A stretch of 64,000 nucleotides of DNA from Candidatus Poribacteria bacterium (GTDB lineage Bacteria > Poribacteria > WGA-4E > WGA-3G): the NCBI GenBank assembly GCA_963663765.2, contig CAXXUA010000004.1, positions 192,001 to 256,000 on the forward strand, read 5' to 3'. Below the pieces are notes generated by a model that did not search any database, was not told where the DNA came from, and was given only the letters and a program-made list of their open reading frames with translations. The position numbers were made by a program, and so were the translations under genes. Below, in pieces: positions 61,834 to 64,000 of this stretch (position 1 is the stretch's first letter; each line of letters opens with the position of its first letter).

Positions 61834-61862
61834 CACCGAATTAACGCGATTTGTCCAGTCAG

Positions 61863-62589
61863 ACTACCGATAGTTATGATCTGGAGATGCCCCTTCAGAT
61901 CGATTGAAGCATATCGTTTACCAGTCTATTCTAATGTGATTTACCTACGTCCAGATGCTGGCAAAAAAGATCCAGGTAGATATATACAAAATATTGAACA
62001 TCATAACATCGCAATAGAATATCAAGTCTTCCGACTTATTGATCTTGATGGACAACAGGTACTTGATTCGAAACTTATAGGATTGGTACCGTTTACTCCG
62101 CTGATGGGACATGACAAAGATGTAGATGCTGACCAATGGCTTCGGCATTGTATACAAGTTGCTGATAGCATTGATGTGCCTAACAAGGCAGCATATCTTG
62201 GAAGTATGGCAATTTTGGGAAATATAATTTATGATTCAAAAACAATATTGGAAATTATATCGGAGGAAACCATGCAACAACCAACCATTGTAGAATACGT
62301 GGCACCACAGGCTCGCGAACAAGGATTCCAAGATGGCGTTGAACAAGGTATTGAACAAGGTATTGAACAAGGTATTGAACAAGGTATTGAACAAGGTATC
62401 CAAGAAGGTACACGCAAACATATCCTTGAGATTTTAACGCTTCAATTGGGAGATGCGACCGCACTGAAATTTAAGGCATCCATAGAGTCAATCGATGATT
62501 CACATCGGCTTGAGATGTTATTTCGTGCTGCACTCCAGGCAAAACACGAAGAAGAATTCAGACAAGCTATGAATGAAACCAGTGAATAG
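61863..62589 (+). pseudogene. 5'-truncated tandem copy 2 of rpn (internal ORF 62272-62589 intact)
   Basis: Begins just after the EFQ codons; 20-bp deletion; (EQGI)5. Confidence 0.85.
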
Positions 62590-62618
62590 CACCGAATTAA
62601 CGCGATTTGTCCAGTCAG

Positions 62619-63332
62619 ACTACCGATAGTTATGATCTGGAGATGCCCCTTCAGATCGATTGAAGCATATCGTTTACCAGTCTATTCTAATGTGATTTAC
62701 CTACGTCCAGATGCTGGAAAAAAGATCCAGGTAGATATATACAAAATATTGAACATCATAACATCGCAATAGAATATCAAGTCTTCCGACTTATTGATCT
62801 TGATGGACAACAAGTACTTGATTCGAAGATTATAGGATTGGTACCGTTTACTCCGCTGATGGGACATAACAAAGATGTAGATGCTGACCAATGGCTTCGG
62901 CATTGTATACAAGTTGCTGATAGCATTGATGTGCCTAACAAGGCAGCATATCTTGGAAGTATGGCAATTTTGGGAAATATAATTTATGATTCAAAAACAA
63001 TATTAGAAATTATATCGGAGGAAACCATGCAACAACCAACCATTGTAGAATACGTGGCACCACAAGCTCGCGAACAAGGATTCCAAGATGGCGTTGAACA
63101 AGGTATTGAACAAGGTATTGAACAAGGTATTGAACAAGGTATCCAAGAAGGTACACGCAAACATATCCTTGAGATTTTAACGCTTCAATTGGTAGATGCC
63201 ACCGCACTGAAATTTAAGGCATCCATAGAGTCAATCGATGATTCGCAGCGTCTTGAGGTGTTATTTCGCGCTGCACTCCAGGCAAAACACGAAGACGAAT
63301 TCAGACAAGCTATGAATGAAACCAGTGAATAG
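62619..63332 (+). pseudogene. 5'-truncated tandem copy 3 of rpn (internal ORF 63027-63332 intact)
   Basis: 756-bp unit offset from copy 2; extra 1-bp deletion at ~62718; (EQGI)4. Confidence 0.85.
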
Positions 63333-63474
63333 GACCGAATACACGCTATTTGTCCAGTCAGACACTTGTGTCTTGTTCTACTGGCGGGACGAATGACAAC
63401 TATTCAAGTACACTCCAACGTCTAAATAAATAGATTTTTTTATCCTTGTTAGGAAAGGTTCCATATCATCTTTC

Positions 63475-63713
63475 TGTTCCATTGTAACGATACTCCTGCA
63501 GAACCTGCACGCGCAGAACAGACTGATGCTGATAGAGTTTATCCAGGGGATGGTATTCTTGATTTGAAACGGATGATCTCTATATTGAAAGATGCTGATT
63601 TTTCGGGTGTTATCTCGTTGGAGTTATTCAATCCGAATTATTGGGAACAAGATCCGGTAGAAGTTGCTCGGATTGGATTGGAAAAGATGGAAGCTATTAA
63701 ATCTGAATCATGA
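63475..63713 (+). pseudogene. Duplicated 3' end of the 59802-60617 isomerase gene
   Basis: FHCNDTPAEPARAEQTDADRVYPGDG...GLEKMEAIKSES* matches ~60380-60595. Confidence 0.85.
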
Positions 63714-63759
63714 TAATGTTTCCATACTCTAAAGGTTAAATAAACCCTTTTGATATACA

Positions 63760-64000
63760 GTGAAAACTTTGTTTACATATATCCAACTTTCACGACCACT
63801 GAACGGAATCATTGCCTTTATATCTGCTGGGTTGGGTGGCGTGTTTGCGAGTGGATATGCAAATGAATCTATTCGTGATGTAAAACTACTGTATGTGTGT
63901 TTAGCTACGCTCCTACTGCTTTCTGCGGGTAATGCGATAAATGATTATTGCGACTATCACATAGATCTCATCAATAAACCGAAACGTCCGCTTCCTTCTG
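63760..64000 (+). CDS. UbiA-family prenyltransferase (DGGGP synthase-like), partial at window edge
   Basis: GTG start; QLSRPLNGII...SAGNAINDYCDYHIDLINKPKRPLPS. Confidence 0.8.
   Translation, partial: MKTLFTYIQLSRPLNGIIAFISAGLGGVFASGYANESIRDVKLLYVCLATLLLLSAGNAINDYCDYHIDLINKPKRPLPS

Noticed and set aside
61461-63207. Minus-strand repetitive ORFs (IPCS/TLFN/LVQY repeats)
   Set aside because: Antisense readings of the 12-bp EQGI repeat

Overview
AT-rich bacterial window. Gene content (FGE-sulfatase, paired PhyH dioxygenases, DUF1080, TonB receptors, sugar TIM barrels, DUF4159/DUF4175) resembles a sponge-symbiont 'Ca. Poribacteria'-type genome; this is inference, not verified. Housekeeping and catabolic genes (mutY, ipdC-like, M32 carboxypeptidase, sodC, nagZ, dgoD) are interspersed with many nested non-autonomous elements: at least five MITE-like families, several with readable target-site duplications, plus many GTAG-type REP hairpins and two REP tandem arrays. 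No cognate transposase is visible. Three accessory loci stand out. (1) An ~11 kb array (22.9-34.1 kb) of cassettes, each pairing a fragment of a secreted beta-rich protein with a paralogous membrane-anchored protein. The paralogs have a swapped hypervariable segment and a near-invariant C-terminal domain, and most are cut off by TAA stops just before that domain. (2) An Rpn (PD-(D/E)XK) gene followed by two tandem copies that lack the catalytic N-terminus but keep an internal RBS+ATG for the small C-terminal product; the cluster is bracketed by a duplicated 3' end of the neighbouring gene. (3) A decaying anti-phage-like island with two TIR genes, a small membrane protein and a truncated large protein. 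No rRNA, tRNA or true CRISPR array was recognised.
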